Source: Craspedostauros australis (Eukaryota). Taken from it: a stretch of 37,870 bases of DNA. Positions 1 to 11,677 of the stretch are shown here, one piece after another; the stretch's first letter is position 1; each line of letters opens with the position of its first letter. The stretch lies in contig JALAGF010004099.1 in NCBI GenBank assembly GCA_030167865.1, positions 1 through 37,870 on the forward strand. Direction: 5' to 3'. Made by a program: the position numbers and the translations under genes. The notes beneath the pieces were generated by a model. It saw nothing but the letters and a program-made list of their open reading frames with translations, had not been told where the DNA came from and searched no databases.

Positions 1-204
1 GTGCCGAATTGCGCACAATGGTCACCGCGAATCATCAATCATCACACTCCCATCACCTTCATCAAACAACACAGTAACGTCAACAAAGATCACAACACTC
101 GTGGCGGTGGCGCCGAAAACGGTGGTATTGGTGGCATCAAATACTCTACAGCGGCATACAGACCTCTCGAAGTACAAAGAGCGTGAGAGACTGCGCCGTC
201 CTTC

Positions 205-1779
205 ATGATCCGCTCCTTCAAACTACATCATCATCATGGCGACAAGAGAAGACGGGCGAGGCCCATTGCCACGAGGCTGCTGGCGTTCATGAGAAGAAGG
301 TCATGCATCATGCTGATGGTGATGGTGGCGATGGCCGCGATGGTACATTGGACAATGAATCATTCTCTGCAGTCCTTTGCGTTTCATACCATCGACGACC
401 AGGCAGATTCGATGATGACACATCCGTCTCATCCCAAATGGTCGTCACCCAATACCAATACGAAGCCATCCATGCAATATTTGCACCATCACTTTGCACA
501 GTTGCCCCAATGGATGCAGTCGTACTTACAATGGCACTACGAGATGCGTTCCAAGTTTCCAGACGAGGCCATCTACACCAACCCTGATGCACCACCCTTG
601 CTGATTCGACACTGTCGCAATTTCTGCGGCGGTTTGCATGACCGTCTGGGACAGCTGGAATGGGACATCTATCTCGCACATCGCACTGGGAGGGTGTGGA
701 TGGTGTGGTGGGAGGAACCATGCATCGAGCAGTACTTGCTTCCGGTGACAAGTGCCATGAGCGCTGCAGATGGATCTGCCCCGCCGTTGCTCAATTGGAC
801 GGTGCCGGCGTCATTGCGCATCACAGAGATGCTGCGCAAAGATCCGTCGATGCTGCTGTTCCATCGGATCCTCAAGCAGGAGGCCAATGTGGAAATGCCC
901 AACTGGTCAAGCAGGATTGACCAGGCAATCGAACGCGCCACAACTACTTGGCGCAATCGCAAAGTGCTGAAATACAAACTGACAGCACACGAAATGAACC
1001 ACGTCTTGGATGAACGGTTGGTGCGAGATGGCCAGTCGCCGCTGCCATTCGGCACGTACAGCCACCTGTTCCATCTGCTGTTTCGGCCGCATCCAAGAAT
1101 ACAGCACAAGGTGGAGGAGATCCAGCGGAAATGGAACATCCCTGCTGGCCAGTATGCTGCTGTGCATTGGCGAGTGCGGTATCCCATGGGGGTGGCCAAG
1201 GATGAACACCAAACTCTGTTGCAACCAGCAACGTCCACCACACACGCTCAATACAGCAATACCAATTCCCAAGCGAAAAGAGATGGCTCACGAAATCGAT
1301 CCATCTCCGCAGACTCCAATGGACTGGCATGGCACGGTGCCTCCAAGGATCATGCCATTCAGCAGGCGATGCATGCTTTGCGGTGTGTGCAGCAATCCAT
1401 GGACTTTCGCGCCGTATCGCATCAACGGCGCCTGCCAGTATTCATTTACGCGGACTCGGCGGATCTCATTGCGGATCTCAGGGACACGAATAGCCTTGAT
1501 CCATCCATGCAGCTGTTGACATCGAACGAAGCACAGACAGCAGTCCTGCATTTGGATCAACAACGCGGTGCATCCGCAGCATCGTACGATGCCACGTTTG
1601 TCGAGCTGTTCCTGGCGAGCCAAGCCAAGTGCATCGCGTACGGGTTGGGTCGATTTGGGTTGCTGGCCGCCAAAGTGTCCGGCACGCAGTGTCAGATGTG
1701 GTACCAGCGTGAAGTATGGAACGCACGTCGGGGCAAGGGTGAAGAAGGGTTTGTGGCAAAGTGCTTTGCATCGGACTGA
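205..1779 (+). CDS. Type II membrane glycosyltransferase-like protein (O-/alpha-fucosyltransferase-like GT-B fold), 524 aa
   Basis: Single-exon ORF. It has a basic N-tail followed by a hydrophobic anchor (IMLMVMVAMAAMVHW), then fucosyltransferase-like motifs: GGLHDRL..A..TGRVW, AVHWR (HxR GDP-sugar motif), VFIYADS and FVELFLASQAKCIAYG.GRFG. Substrate cannot be inferred. Confidence 0.65.
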   Translation: MIRSFKLHHHHGDKRRRARPIATRLLAFMRRRSCIMLMVMVAMAAMVHWTMNHSLQSFAFHTIDDQADSMMTHPSHPKWSSPNTNTKPSMQYLHHHFAQLPQWMQSYLQWHYEMRSKFPDEAIYTNPDAPPLLIRHCRNFCGGLHDRLGQLEWDIYLAHRTGRVWMVWWEEPCIEQYLLPVTSAMSAADGSAPPLLNWTVPASLRITEMLRKDPSMLLFHRILKQEANVEMPNWSSRIDQAIERATTTWRNRKVLKYKLTAHEMNHVLDERLVRDGQSPLPFGTYSHLFHLLFRPHPRIQHKVEEIQRKWNIPAGQYAAVHWRVRYPMGVAKDEHQTLLQPATSTTHAQYSNTNSQAKRDGSRNRSISADSNGLAWHGASKDHAIQQAMHALRCVQQSMDFRAVSHQRRLPVFIYADSADLIADLRDTNSLDPSMQLLTSNEAQTAVLHLDQQRGASAASYDATFVELFLASQAKCIAYGLGRFGLLAAKVSGTQCQMWYQREVWNARRGKGEEGFVAKCFASD

Positions 1780-2036
1780 ACGAATGAATGATTGTGCAGC
1801 ATGGCATGGACTAGTATGAAAGGGATAAACTGCAAGTGGATTGTGCCATCATTACACTCGACGCACATGCCAAAACGAGTAGCTTGCACTCGCAGTTGTA
1901 TAATACTTACAAGCTACTATATGTCTATATGTTAGTATCACGCCATCCCGTCATTCGTACGACGACTACTCCTCTGTTGGTTTCTGCTATATTTCTCTCT
2001 AACTAATGACCAATACTCGTATGCCGGCATGGTGGT

Positions 2037-5000
2037 TTACTGTGCGCGCTTGGTGCTCCTGTTGCTGGAACGTTGCGGCGTTTCCCTTTGATACGACTCA
2101 CTCGTATTCGTTGCCACTTTGACGTGTGGGTTGACGTACTCAGCCGATGAGTTCTGCGGGAGCTTCGTCAGGTCCACCTCGTGACGGTCTGCCATTGAGG
2201 ACTGGACGGTCCTGTCGATAGTTCCATCCTGACGGAGGATCTTGGTCACAGTCTTGACCTCGATTCTGCCATCATCGTGATGCAACGTCTTCGTCGTCAT
2301 CGTGACAGAAACTGGCTCCTCCTTCTTGTTGGCCTGCTCTTGTTCCTCGTTGTGATTGTTCTTGCCTTTCTTTGACTTCTTACCGTTTCGATTCCTCCTC
2401 ATGAACCCCCATCGCGAGTTTGGTGGGTTCGCGTGCTTGCTGTCGCTCTGCGTGGTGCTTGGATCAGTCCCGGCAGCAGAACCACCCGCGCTGAATTCTT
2501 CCCTCATGACGCGGTCGAAAATCTCGAATGGATCATGGAATCTGGCATTGGGATGGGTGTTGTTCGCATTCGTCCCCGGAGTGGATGGGGTTTGAGTACC
2601 AGATGGTGGCGAACCAGCGTGGTAAGTCGGTTTGACGGGCACCGGCTGAGGACCCACCTGTGTAGGACGAACGCTTTGGCCGTCGCTGGTCCTTTCTGTT
2701 TGGCCTGATTCTGCATTTGTGCTGCTCTGCCATCGCGGCGCAGACTCGGGCTCGTTGTGTGCCTGGCTGCGTCCTTGAAGATCAGGCATGGGCGGCGGTG
2801 ATACACCAGAGTCGTCTGCTGTGGTTTGCGCTTTCTCGTGACCGTCGTCATTTGGCATGGCGGATTTGGATGCACCAGATGCGGCAGATGCGGCGTCGGT
2901 GGACGAAGCAGCGGCATATGATCCACTTGGATTTCTGCGATGACCGCTGCGGCTAGCTTCGTATCCTGACTCTGCGTTGGAGTCTGATGGGGCGTTTGAT
3001 GCCATGCCGTTGGCGTCCCCACGATGTGTTTCAGAGGCTGACGCAGTTGATGCTGTGGAGGAAGATGAACCATGCTGGTTAACCCCCGGCTTTGGCGTCG
3101 AGTTCTTCTCGCTGTTGGATGCGAAACTGTGCGCCGTCGTTGTGGATTTGGTGGATCGTGTGGACTGCGGCGACGATTCCTGCGCGTACTTGTACTGATA
3201 ATCCTGATTCGACGTTGATCGCGGTTGTGGCGGTGGTGGCGTATGTGAACGTGCCCTCGATGTGTGGTCGGTGGAGCTGTCTCTTTGGCCATCGAAACCA
3301 CGGGAAGATGGGCCCGTCTGACTGTTGCTGCGACTAGTGTCACGATTGCCTCCGCTGTCTCTGTCGAAAGACGCCGACCGACGGTCAGAAAAGTGGAATG
3401 ATCGGTTATGTGCGCTCGAACTTCCGCGCTCACGGGACGCGCTCGTTTGTTCCTTGCCCTTCTTTTTCTTCTTGTAGGTTTGCGTGGAATGGGCGCTGAT
3501 GTAGCCGTCATCGTCTTCGTCATCGAAGGCGAAGTCGCTGGAGCTTCCATCGTATTGCGAATGCGTGGTGCTGTGCTTGCTCTTGCGATCTTCTTCGTCC
3601 CTGCTCTTGGTCGGGCGTCGGCCTGCAAAAAAGAACTTGTCTTGCACACCTGAGGAATAGCTGTACGAAGTACTGCCTGGCCGTTCCTTGGATTTCTTGG
3701 TCCCATCGTTAGAAAAAGAAGCATCCCTCCAGCTCTCCTTACCTCCACTGTTAGACTTGGCGTTGCCGTCCCTGTTGGTGCTGCTTGCGGCTTCGCCAGA
3801 TGCATGAGGCTCGCTGCTGTTATTCTTCGCTGCGTTGGGATAGCCAGAACTACCACCGCTGCTTCCGTCGCTGCCGGTCGATTTGCTTTGATTTGCTTTA
3901 TCCTTGCTGTGACCGGCGCTGCCTCCCTTTTCTGATTTTCGCCGGCCGGCAAAAAAGTACTTTTCTGGCATCGCAGAGGAATAGCTGTACGATGTCCTCG
4001 GTGGCGGAGACGGTGACGCTGGCGATGGTTCTCCTGATGCCGCGCTTGATGGGGTTTCTTTCTTCTTGCCGCCGTTCCTCTCAGGCGCTACATAGCTGTA
4101 CGATGTGGAAGGACGATCGGAATGCCTTGTCGACGAAGTGCCTCCGTACTCTGTGCTGTTATTGCCACCACCACGACTGTGGTGACTGTTGTTGCTGCGG
4201 CCTTCTGCCTCTGCTTTACCATCATCAAATTCGTCCGGAAAGTATTCCTTCTTCGCATCAGTGCGTCGGAAGAAGCTGAATGTCGGCTTGGACTCTCCTT
4301 CTGCTTTCCCGTGCTTGGGTGCTGCGTTGTCCGAGCTGGCGGATCGTGAACTCTGCGGTGGCGTGTCGCCCTTGTACGTGTTGTTGTCATCGTACGCGTT
4401 GTACCGCTTGTTGTTCTCTTTGCTGTTGGAGCTGGAGTAGGAGTAGGAGTATCCGCTGTTGGAATCGTCGTTGCGTCTGTCTGCTTTGGATCTTGGAGGT
4501 GACGGTGAACTGCTTCGCGGTGTGTTCGACCTGTAGCCTGAGCCGGTGTTGCGGCTGCTGGTATTAGCGCCGTTGTTTGCGCGTGCAGATGATGAAGGGT
4601 TCGAGGACGAGTACGACGACTGGTACGACGACGGGTATGATGACGAATATGACGACGAGTACGCTGTAGACTTCGGTGGTGTTGGCGGGGCTGATTGTTG
4701 AGGCCTGCTGGTTTCCTTCCAGTACGGATTCGAAGATGATGTGGACGCTGATGCCGGTCTTTCGGAGCGAGGTGGAGAGTGCGGTGTCCGATATGAGGAG
4801 GCAGAGGGCGGCGGCGATGCTGGCTTTTTTGGTGACGTCGTTCGCTTGGGTTTGGTGTTGGCGTGATCCATGTTGGGGCGTTTGTAATTGCGGCTCTTGT
4901 CCCAGTCCCGATGGGCGAGGTCGAAGTCTCTCTTCTTGATGGGGTCTGTGAGCATGTTGTAGGCGGCTGCGATTTTCGCGAATTTGTCATGGGCTCTTTT

Positions 5001-5150
5001 CGTCTCTGCTTCGGTCGCATCTGGGTTTTGCGTCCTGAGACGATCGGGGTGGAACTTCAAAGCCAGCTTGCGGTAGCACGTCTTAATCTGTGGCTGAGTC
5101 GCCTCCTTGACGACGTTGAGAATGATGTACGGGTTGTCATACTTGTCCAT
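2037..5150 (-). CDS. Large J-domain (Hsp40) protein, DNAJB6/B8-like architecture with a very long disordered middle (~1037 aa)
   Basis: Likely ATG at 5150 (MDKYDNPYIILNV...YRKLALKFHPDR...FAKIAAAYNMLTDPIKKRDFD) gives a canonical J domain with HPD. Near the C-terminus are FHDPFEIFDRVMREEF and a Thr/Val-rich beta segment. The frame is open upstream to 5513, so the start is not certain. Confidence 0.85.
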   Translation of the reverse strand: MDKYDNPYIILNVVKEATQPQIKTCYRKLALKFHPDRLRTQNPDATEAETKRAHDKFAKIAAAYNMLTDPIKKRDFDLAHRDWDKSRNYKRPNMDHANTKPKRTTSPKKPASPPPSASSYRTPHSPPRSERPASASTSSSNPYWKETSRPQQSAPPTPPKSTAYSSSYSSSYPSSYQSSYSSSNPSSSARANNGANTSSRNTGSGYRSNTPRSSSPSPPRSKADRRNDDSNSGYSYSYSSSNSKENNKRYNAYDDNNTYKGDTPPQSSRSASSDNAAPKHGKAEGESKPTFSFFRRTDAKKEYFPDEFDDGKAEAEGRSNNSHHSRGGGNNSTEYGGTSSTRHSDRPSTSYSYVAPERNGGKKKETPSSAASGEPSPASPSPPPRTSYSYSSAMPEKYFFAGRRKSEKGGSAGHSKDKANQSKSTGSDGSSGGSSGYPNAAKNNSSEPHASGEAASSTNRDGNAKSNSGGKESWRDASFSNDGTKKSKERPGSTSYSYSSGVQDKFFFAGRRPTKSRDEEDRKSKHSTTHSQYDGSSSDFAFDDEDDDGYISAHSTQTYKKKKKGKEQTSASRERGSSSAHNRSFHFSDRRSASFDRDSGGNRDTSRSNSQTGPSSRGFDGQRDSSTDHTSRARSHTPPPPQPRSTSNQDYQYKYAQESSPQSTRSTKSTTTAHSFASNSEKNSTPKPGVNQHGSSSSTASTASASETHRGDANGMASNAPSDSNAESGYEASRSGHRRNPSGSYAAASSTDAASAASGASKSAMPNDDGHEKAQTTADDSGVSPPPMPDLQGRSQAHNEPESAPRWQSSTNAESGQTERTSDGQSVRPTQVGPQPVPVKPTYHAGSPPSGTQTPSTPGTNANNTHPNARFHDPFEIFDRVMREEFSAGGSAAGTDPSTTQSDSKHANPPNSRWGFMRRNRNGKKSKKGKNNHNEEQEQANKKEEPVSVTMTTKTLHHDDGRIEVKTVTKILRQDGTIDRTVQSSMADRHEVDLTKLPQNSSAEYVNPHVKVATNTSESYQRETPQRSSNRSTKRAQ

Positions 5151-6999
5151 GGTGGCTGGGGTTTGCCACTGGTCGCCAGTGATTGAGCGTCCTGGTAGAT
5201 ACGAGTATGATGCTTCTCCACCGTCAAGCTGGCAGGGTCCACCAAGGTTGACGGACGCGTTGGTTTCGGATGCGCTCGAAGTTCGGACAGAGCTCAAGAA
5301 ACTCGATGCGATCGATCGGCCAGGTAGATCTCTCTCGAAAGCGATGGAGGGGCCTGGTGTTTGGTGGGTTCCGGGTGCTGGGGCGCTTGATGGCCTTCTG
5401 GTCTCCGACCACGCAAGCTTGCTCCAGCTCTTTTCTGTTTGGGCGGACCGACTTACGGCAAGAGTGGCCGTTTGTTCGTCTGCAAACGCGAGCTCGAAGC
5501 AATTCAATCGCACGAACGTCCCGGTTGTTGGCCAATCCTGTCGCTTGTGTTGCGATGTTCAGGTGTCGTCACGATGAAGGTGTTGAGATGTCGCGAGGGC
5601 GGGTCTTCAAAAGATACGAATCTGCAGATATGACCTTCGCCGAGATGATCTGCTTGCGGGTATTGGGAATGTGCCGTGATCGATGGTGATCGATGGTGAT
5701 TGTGATGATTGTGAAGGCTGATATAATACTCAAGAGTCGAGCGGAGGGGTGGAGTCGATGGCTGAAGTGTACCCGTCCTTCTCCTGGTCGTCTCTGTTGC
5801 CTGTTCTCCCAGCGTCGACTTCTGCTTCCGTTTTGGTCGGAGTGGCAATGTCCTATCTTGCCACTGGACGTATTATATTTGCGCGGGCTGTGCCTGGATT
5901 GATCGACGCTTCCACCCTCAACGACGTTGGTGGCGACGTTGATAACGACGTTGATAACGACGGTGACAAGGATGGCAGCACGGGTATCGCCGACAGCGAC
6001 GATGATCAACCCCCTCTCTTGGCTGGAGCGGGCTGTGGTGGTCTGGTTTAATCGATCACTGGCCCTGGCTGATTTCGCGAGCGCCTGCGTCGGCTAGAGG
6101 ATGGTTTACTCAAGGGAGAGGCCGAGTGCTCGAACAGCAGTCTTTCGGAGTGATAGATCGTGCTCGTGCGCGTATTGGGAGTACTACTATGATGAGCGAC
6201 CAACCGCGCAGCAATACCGCTGGTGGAGGCAACGGAGGTGATGGGAGTTCTGTCGAACAGAGCAGAGCAGATGTTGTGGCTGTGTCGAGAGCGCAGCTGC
6301 AGTGATCTCTCTCGTTTGTCGCTTTGGTGTGTTGATGCTTTGATGTGTTGATGCCTCTTGGTGCCTCTTGGTCCTTTCGCGCCTCCTGATCCTTTGATGT
6401 TTCGATGCTCTCCTTGTTGTGTGGCGTCGCAGTTCCCTTCGCGCAAGGAGGAGAACGATGCTGGGTGCTTTGCTCGTTGTCACGGCACGGAAGCCAGCAC
6501 ACAGCGCACAAGGACGAACGAAGCGACACCTCTGCTCCCAGCGAACTCTGTGCCTGAATGCGTGTACCAGTGCCGCGATGAAAAATCTCGCGCGTGCTGT
6601 CGCCATGAAGTCACTCAGAGAGCGAGAGAGTTACTCGCACGCACACAGACGCACACACGACACCAGATCCAGAACCGCATCTCAATCGCAAAGACAGTTC
6701 CGCAAAGCACACAAAACACGCAAAACACAAGACTGCTTCCGACAACGACAATTCATGCCCGGAACAGTCATCGAACACGACGCGAACGAGAACACGACTG
6801 GGGGGTCTTCCGGGAGGGTTTCCACGTTGATTCGGAACTCGTGACGAGTCACGCTCCGTTCCCATTCCATGATGCCACTACATTTTTAGTCGTTGATGCT
6901 GAAGATGATGGCGACTTCAAGCTATGAATATTAATTTAGGCCTCACATGCAAGCGGCGTTGGTTGATGCCAGCTTCGCGACTACACACTCGTACTCTCC

Positions 7000-7027
<28 letters not shown>
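7000..7027. repeat. (AG)n microsatellite, about 14 units
   Basis: Read directly from the sequence. Confidence 0.95.
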
Positions 7028-7030
<3 letters not shown>

Positions 7031-7292
7031 AGAATGATGTGCGCCCTGCTCTCTCTACCAATAGGGTGTACTTACGGATGCCGCGCCTCTCTTCTCCCTC
7101 CGGAGAGACGAGCACGATCTCTCAGTCATGGCATTGGCAGAGCACCACCCGTGCGCTCTACCAATACGCGCTCTTGCTGTGATGGAGTGTATCAGCGTCA
7201 AGGCAGATTTGAGCAAAGTTTGGAAACAAGTCGATCACTGTACCATGTTTACAGTCTATTCGCACTCGCAGTTGCGACAGAGCCGCGGAGCT

Positions 7293-10200
7293 CTATCGAT
7301 TCTTTGGTCTCAGCTTCATGTACCGCCGTCTCCTTTTCGAGGTGGCGGGCGTTTCCGTGGACACAATGGTGCCAGGTCTCAAGGAGCCGCTGTTGTATTC
7401 CTCCGATTCCTTGATGGTTCCAATTTGCTTCGAAACCGAGGGCGATGATGCTGCCGTTTGGAGCTGCCTGTTGCCTGTTGTCGACGTGGCACTCATCTGG
7501 CTGCTATGTTGGTTCAGGTAATATGAGTGACTACCATTGTGCTTCGGCGGAGTCAACGCGGACGAGCCACGGGTGGGTTCTGTGCTGCTGCCGTGGCTGG
7601 CGTCGTTGTCGTTGCCGCTGTCGTCACGCTCTCTGCGAGCGTAGTGAGCCGAGACGGTGAAGAGGAACGACAGCGTCAGCAAGAAGATGGCTGAGTATGA
7701 GAGAAACAGGCTCGCTGTTGCCAAGGCATCCTCACGCCAGGATCGGATGCTGATGTCTTCGCGCATGATCGCGACAATATGAGCCTCGTACTCCAACCAG
7801 CTCCGGAATGCCATGCTCGCCATACCTCCGCATCTAACGATGAAAGACACGATAAATCGGCCGGCCGCGTTGGACTCGAGAATCGCAGCATGAAAGATCC
7901 TGCCGGCCGAAGAGAGAGCCGATGAAACCATCCCGGCCACCAATCGCAAGTGCTCGAGAACGGGCACGAGGTTCGGAACGATCGTCTCGTTCCATGCCAG
8001 TCCAGCTGATGTGCTCGTCAACAGATGATCGACGGCATCCGACACTGCACGGTACCTCCATGGATTCAGCCATGTCACAAGTTCGGCCAGGATCTGGCGA
8101 GTCTGAACACCGAACCATACAGAGTACCGAAGGAATATGCCGATTCCCACCTTGAGCAGGGAGATGGCGATCATTGCAGCACTGGAGGATGCCACCACCA
8201 GGTGCACATTTTCGCTGTAGAACTTCCGAGCCTGCAGTCCTGCAATCTGGCCAATGTGCAACGCCCCAAATGAATACATCAACGCCGCGTAGCAGAGGGC
8301 GAAGTGCATGACCGCCACGAGGACCATGTACAGGATAGTCCCGGTGTCTTTCGCCGCTGCCACGTACCATCTGTCAGCGTCGTGAAGGAACAGGGTCTTG
8401 CCAATGACGGATTTCATCGAAAGGCTCCCAAAGAGCATGAGTAGCAACGACAGCACGGTGCATGCGCGCACCAAGACGTCGTGGTCGTTCCATTGGATCG
8501 CCCATTTCGTGGGCTGCTCGTCCTTGATGGAGGAATCGAAACTTTGGGTTTCTGCGCCAAACAGATCCCGTGATGCAATCCCGTTGATTCCACGATCCTT
8601 GGAGGTTGTGGATATGGCCGTTGGACTGGCGGAGGTGGTGGTGACAGTGCTGTTTCCGCTGCTCTGAGTGGATGACGACACTTTGGCCGCTCGCAGTTCC
8701 GCAAGACGGGCCTGCTGATTCTGTCGCAATCCTTTGGGCCGTAAGCGATGGGCCGCAGCCGTTCTTGCGTCAGCAATCTTCTTCGCCTTTCTTTGCTGCG
8801 TCTTTTCCTCGATCTCCCGCAGGTATGTGGAGACTGGATTCTTCCTCCACATGGATGACATGGTTGAGGAAGAGTTGAGGGATAGCTCTGATATAGTGTC
8901 CGAATCAGAGGTGCTGTGGTTGGTGTACCGATGTGACGATGACAGCGACGCATGCTGTTCTTGCTTGGCGTCGGACAGCTCGGGCATGGTCGACATCCCC
9001 CGAAATTGCACCTTCGGCGTTCCAGCCCTGCCGATCGAGTCGGCAGATCTTGCATGCATGTACTTTTTCTTGCTGGCCATAAATGCTTTCTCTTCTGCCT
9101 TCATGGCCTGAATTTCTTGCTGCGGAGTGAGATCGAATGCTGAGACTGGTGGCATTTGCCATCCGCGTATGTCGCAGATTCGCTGAAACTTTACCATCAG
9201 CCAATCCTTGTAGAACAGCTGCTCTTGCCTCATCTTGATGGCATGCGGGTTGGCCACTGGATCCTTCACCACACGCTTGGCGGCACCCTGAAGCTTGTGG
9301 AGCAGGACGCCGCAGAGCTTCTTCATCAGAAAGTCCAGCAATCCTTGCGGGAGCAGCGAAAGGTTCGGGTCGACGTTTGCGATCAATTTGGAGGTTGCTG
9401 TCGTCGGTGATGTGACTTCGATCGTGGCCTGGAACGTACGGATGGTCATTCTTCCGCTCCCCATCCTCGTTGGCGGTGGCGGAAGCTCGAGGTTCGTAAC
9501 GACGGGATCATCTCTCAGCGAATACGGAGCGCTCTGAGCCTCTGCTCCATTCTGCGGTTGATTCGCGTCTGCTGATGCCTGCTTGGCGCCTTTGCCCGCC
9601 GCCTTGTCAATTCCAGGTCGATCGGCAAGTCCTTCTCCAACCAACAATATGCTCCCGTCCTCTTCGATCGAATCACAACCAATCGCCCGGAAACAACCGT
9701 CGCGCGCGAGTCCGAAGTTTGGCAATCCGACGATAAACCAGCCAACCGTATCCAGCTTGTCCAGATGGGTCACCGTGAGGCTGGACGAACAAAATGGCGC
9801 CCATTTGCAGTGCAAGTCAACCTCACGCAGCACCGCGACTTGCTCGAACAACGGCACCCCTTCCAGCTTGCCTTCGAGCTTGATGCTGAGCGATCCGTCC
9901 GGTTCCCGTCTGTAGTACGTCGTGACACCAAACAGGACCTGCGCCAACGTCCAATCCTCGTTGAGGTCAAGATTCTTCTTCGCGGCCTCGAACAACCGAC
10001 AATGATTCTGAAACGAAAAGAGAAGCGAAGAAGAACGATTTGGGAAGCCAGGGTGGGAGGAGAAGATGGGCGCAATGAGATGGGATGACATACGTTTTGT
10101 GGCTGTCTGGCTGTGCGGAGTTCTCACATGTCCTAGCGGAGAGCTTACTCTGGACGCTGCGTCATCCACTTTCAGCCTCGTCCTGCGTCCGCCCCCGTAC

Positions 10201-10639
10201 ATATGTCCATCCGCGAAGATAGTGCGCGCGTAGTGAGCGTGATGCGTGCAATAAGGTGGAAGAGCATGCGTCCACGTACCTTGAGTTTCGTGATGATGTG
10301 CTGCTTCTTTTGCAGGAGCCGATCGACCTTTTCGATTTCCAATAGCTGGCGCTCCCGTTCGAGCCTTTCCTTCTTCCCACCTCGCTTGCTGAATCTGCTG
10401 GCGGTGCTTCCGCGGCCGTTCGTCCCGTTTGGTTGCTGTTGATTGGGGCTGTGCAAAGCCTTGAGCTTTTCGAAACGAGATATGACGCTGTCGTACAACC
10501 TCAGCGCGGCAAGGTGACGCTCATCGTCGATGAAGGCGAAGAGGCGATTGCTGTCCCTCCACAAATGGTCGGAGGCAGATCCATCGTCACCGGTCGTCGT
10601 TGGCGGTTTGATGATGAATCCAGAGGCAGGGTTGGCCAT
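7293..10639 (-). CDS. START/SRPBCC lipid-binding domain protein with a C-terminal multi-pass membrane region; 2 exons (10639-10280, 10007-7293), ~1024 aa
   Basis: Intron 10279-10008 (AAG|GTACGT...TTTCAG|AAT) joins the two ORFs in phase 0 (KLK|NHCRLF). START-like motifs: WTLAQVLFGVTTYYRRE, AVLREVDLHCKWAPFC, ARDGCFRAIG, ANVDPNLSLLPQGLLDF. Several hydrophobic helices lie in the C-terminal half. Confidence 0.75.
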
Positions 10640-11677
10640 GGTGCTTTGGGTGTGATGGTGTGATTGTGTGTTGGTGTGAAGTTGGACCAGGGTTTGACAG
10701 TTGATCGATCAGTCGATTGATTGATGGATGGATCGAGTGATGTTGCACTGACCAGTTTGCGAATCTGCCACTTGCCTCGCGAGTGGTATGGTGCCCGTAT
10801 TTCGATGAGAACGCCACAGTGGGAACAACGGGAGCTTTCACGGAGGCACGGAAGGTCGGCAAGAACAGGATAGAAGCTGCCCGGCAGGGATCGTCGGTCG
10901 TAGTTGTGGGGGGCAGAGCTGCTGTGGGTGGCTCGATCGGAAGCTTTTCGGAAATGAATACCTGCGGTACGAGCACAATTGTATGCGCAAGGTATTGGTA
11001 CGAGTAGATCGTATAGTACACGTAGTCGTATAGCAGGCCGCTCTGCCCGTGGGTCGTCGTACTATACTCTGCTTCTATTTGTGTGTTGCCTGGCGCTTCG
11101 GAGGAGATGGGCAGGTCACAAACGAGCCCAGAGAGCCAACAACACAAAACGAGGGAGTTGGGCGAATGGATCGCACGAAGGGATGGAAAATGACTTTTGG
11201 TCTCCGCACGCTCATTCGGGACTCGGACAGTGTCGTACTATTCACGAATTAGACCCGCGCCTGTAAAACCCAATTTTGGCGAACATGGTCCCGTCAGTCC
11301 CGTGGCGCTTGCGAAGTGGCGGGAGTCCTCGTGCTGTACTACTACTAGTATGGTACGTGGACTGAAGCACAGTACGAGGATGTACGTAGTCGTACGAACC
11401 ATGGCAGTCAGCTCCCGCACCAACACAAGGGCGAGTTCTTTTGGTGTTGAATCCAACCGACGAAAGAGATGACGGTGGTGTGTTCGTCATTGGGGAGGAA
11501 GAACGCAAATCCACAAAAGATCCAACACCACCGCCGACCCTGCTGGAACCTCGTTGGAACAGCTGCGGTCAACACGGCGTGTACATATTATATTACATTA
11601 CAGTCTATCACAACAAACAAGGTGAAGCCGAACCAACAAGAACAACGACGATACTTCTGCTGCCGCTGCCGCTAGTG

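Noticed and set aside
2504-5020. 482-aa and 310-aa alternative-frame ORFs within the J-protein gene
   Set aside because: Arg/His/Pro-rich off-frame translations of low-complexity coding sequence.
5749-6051. Short ORF with 12-nt GACGTTGATAAC repeats
   Set aside because: Only 2-3 imperfect copies, without spacers or a recognisable domain. It is probably the J-protein 5' leader and is not a CRISPR array.
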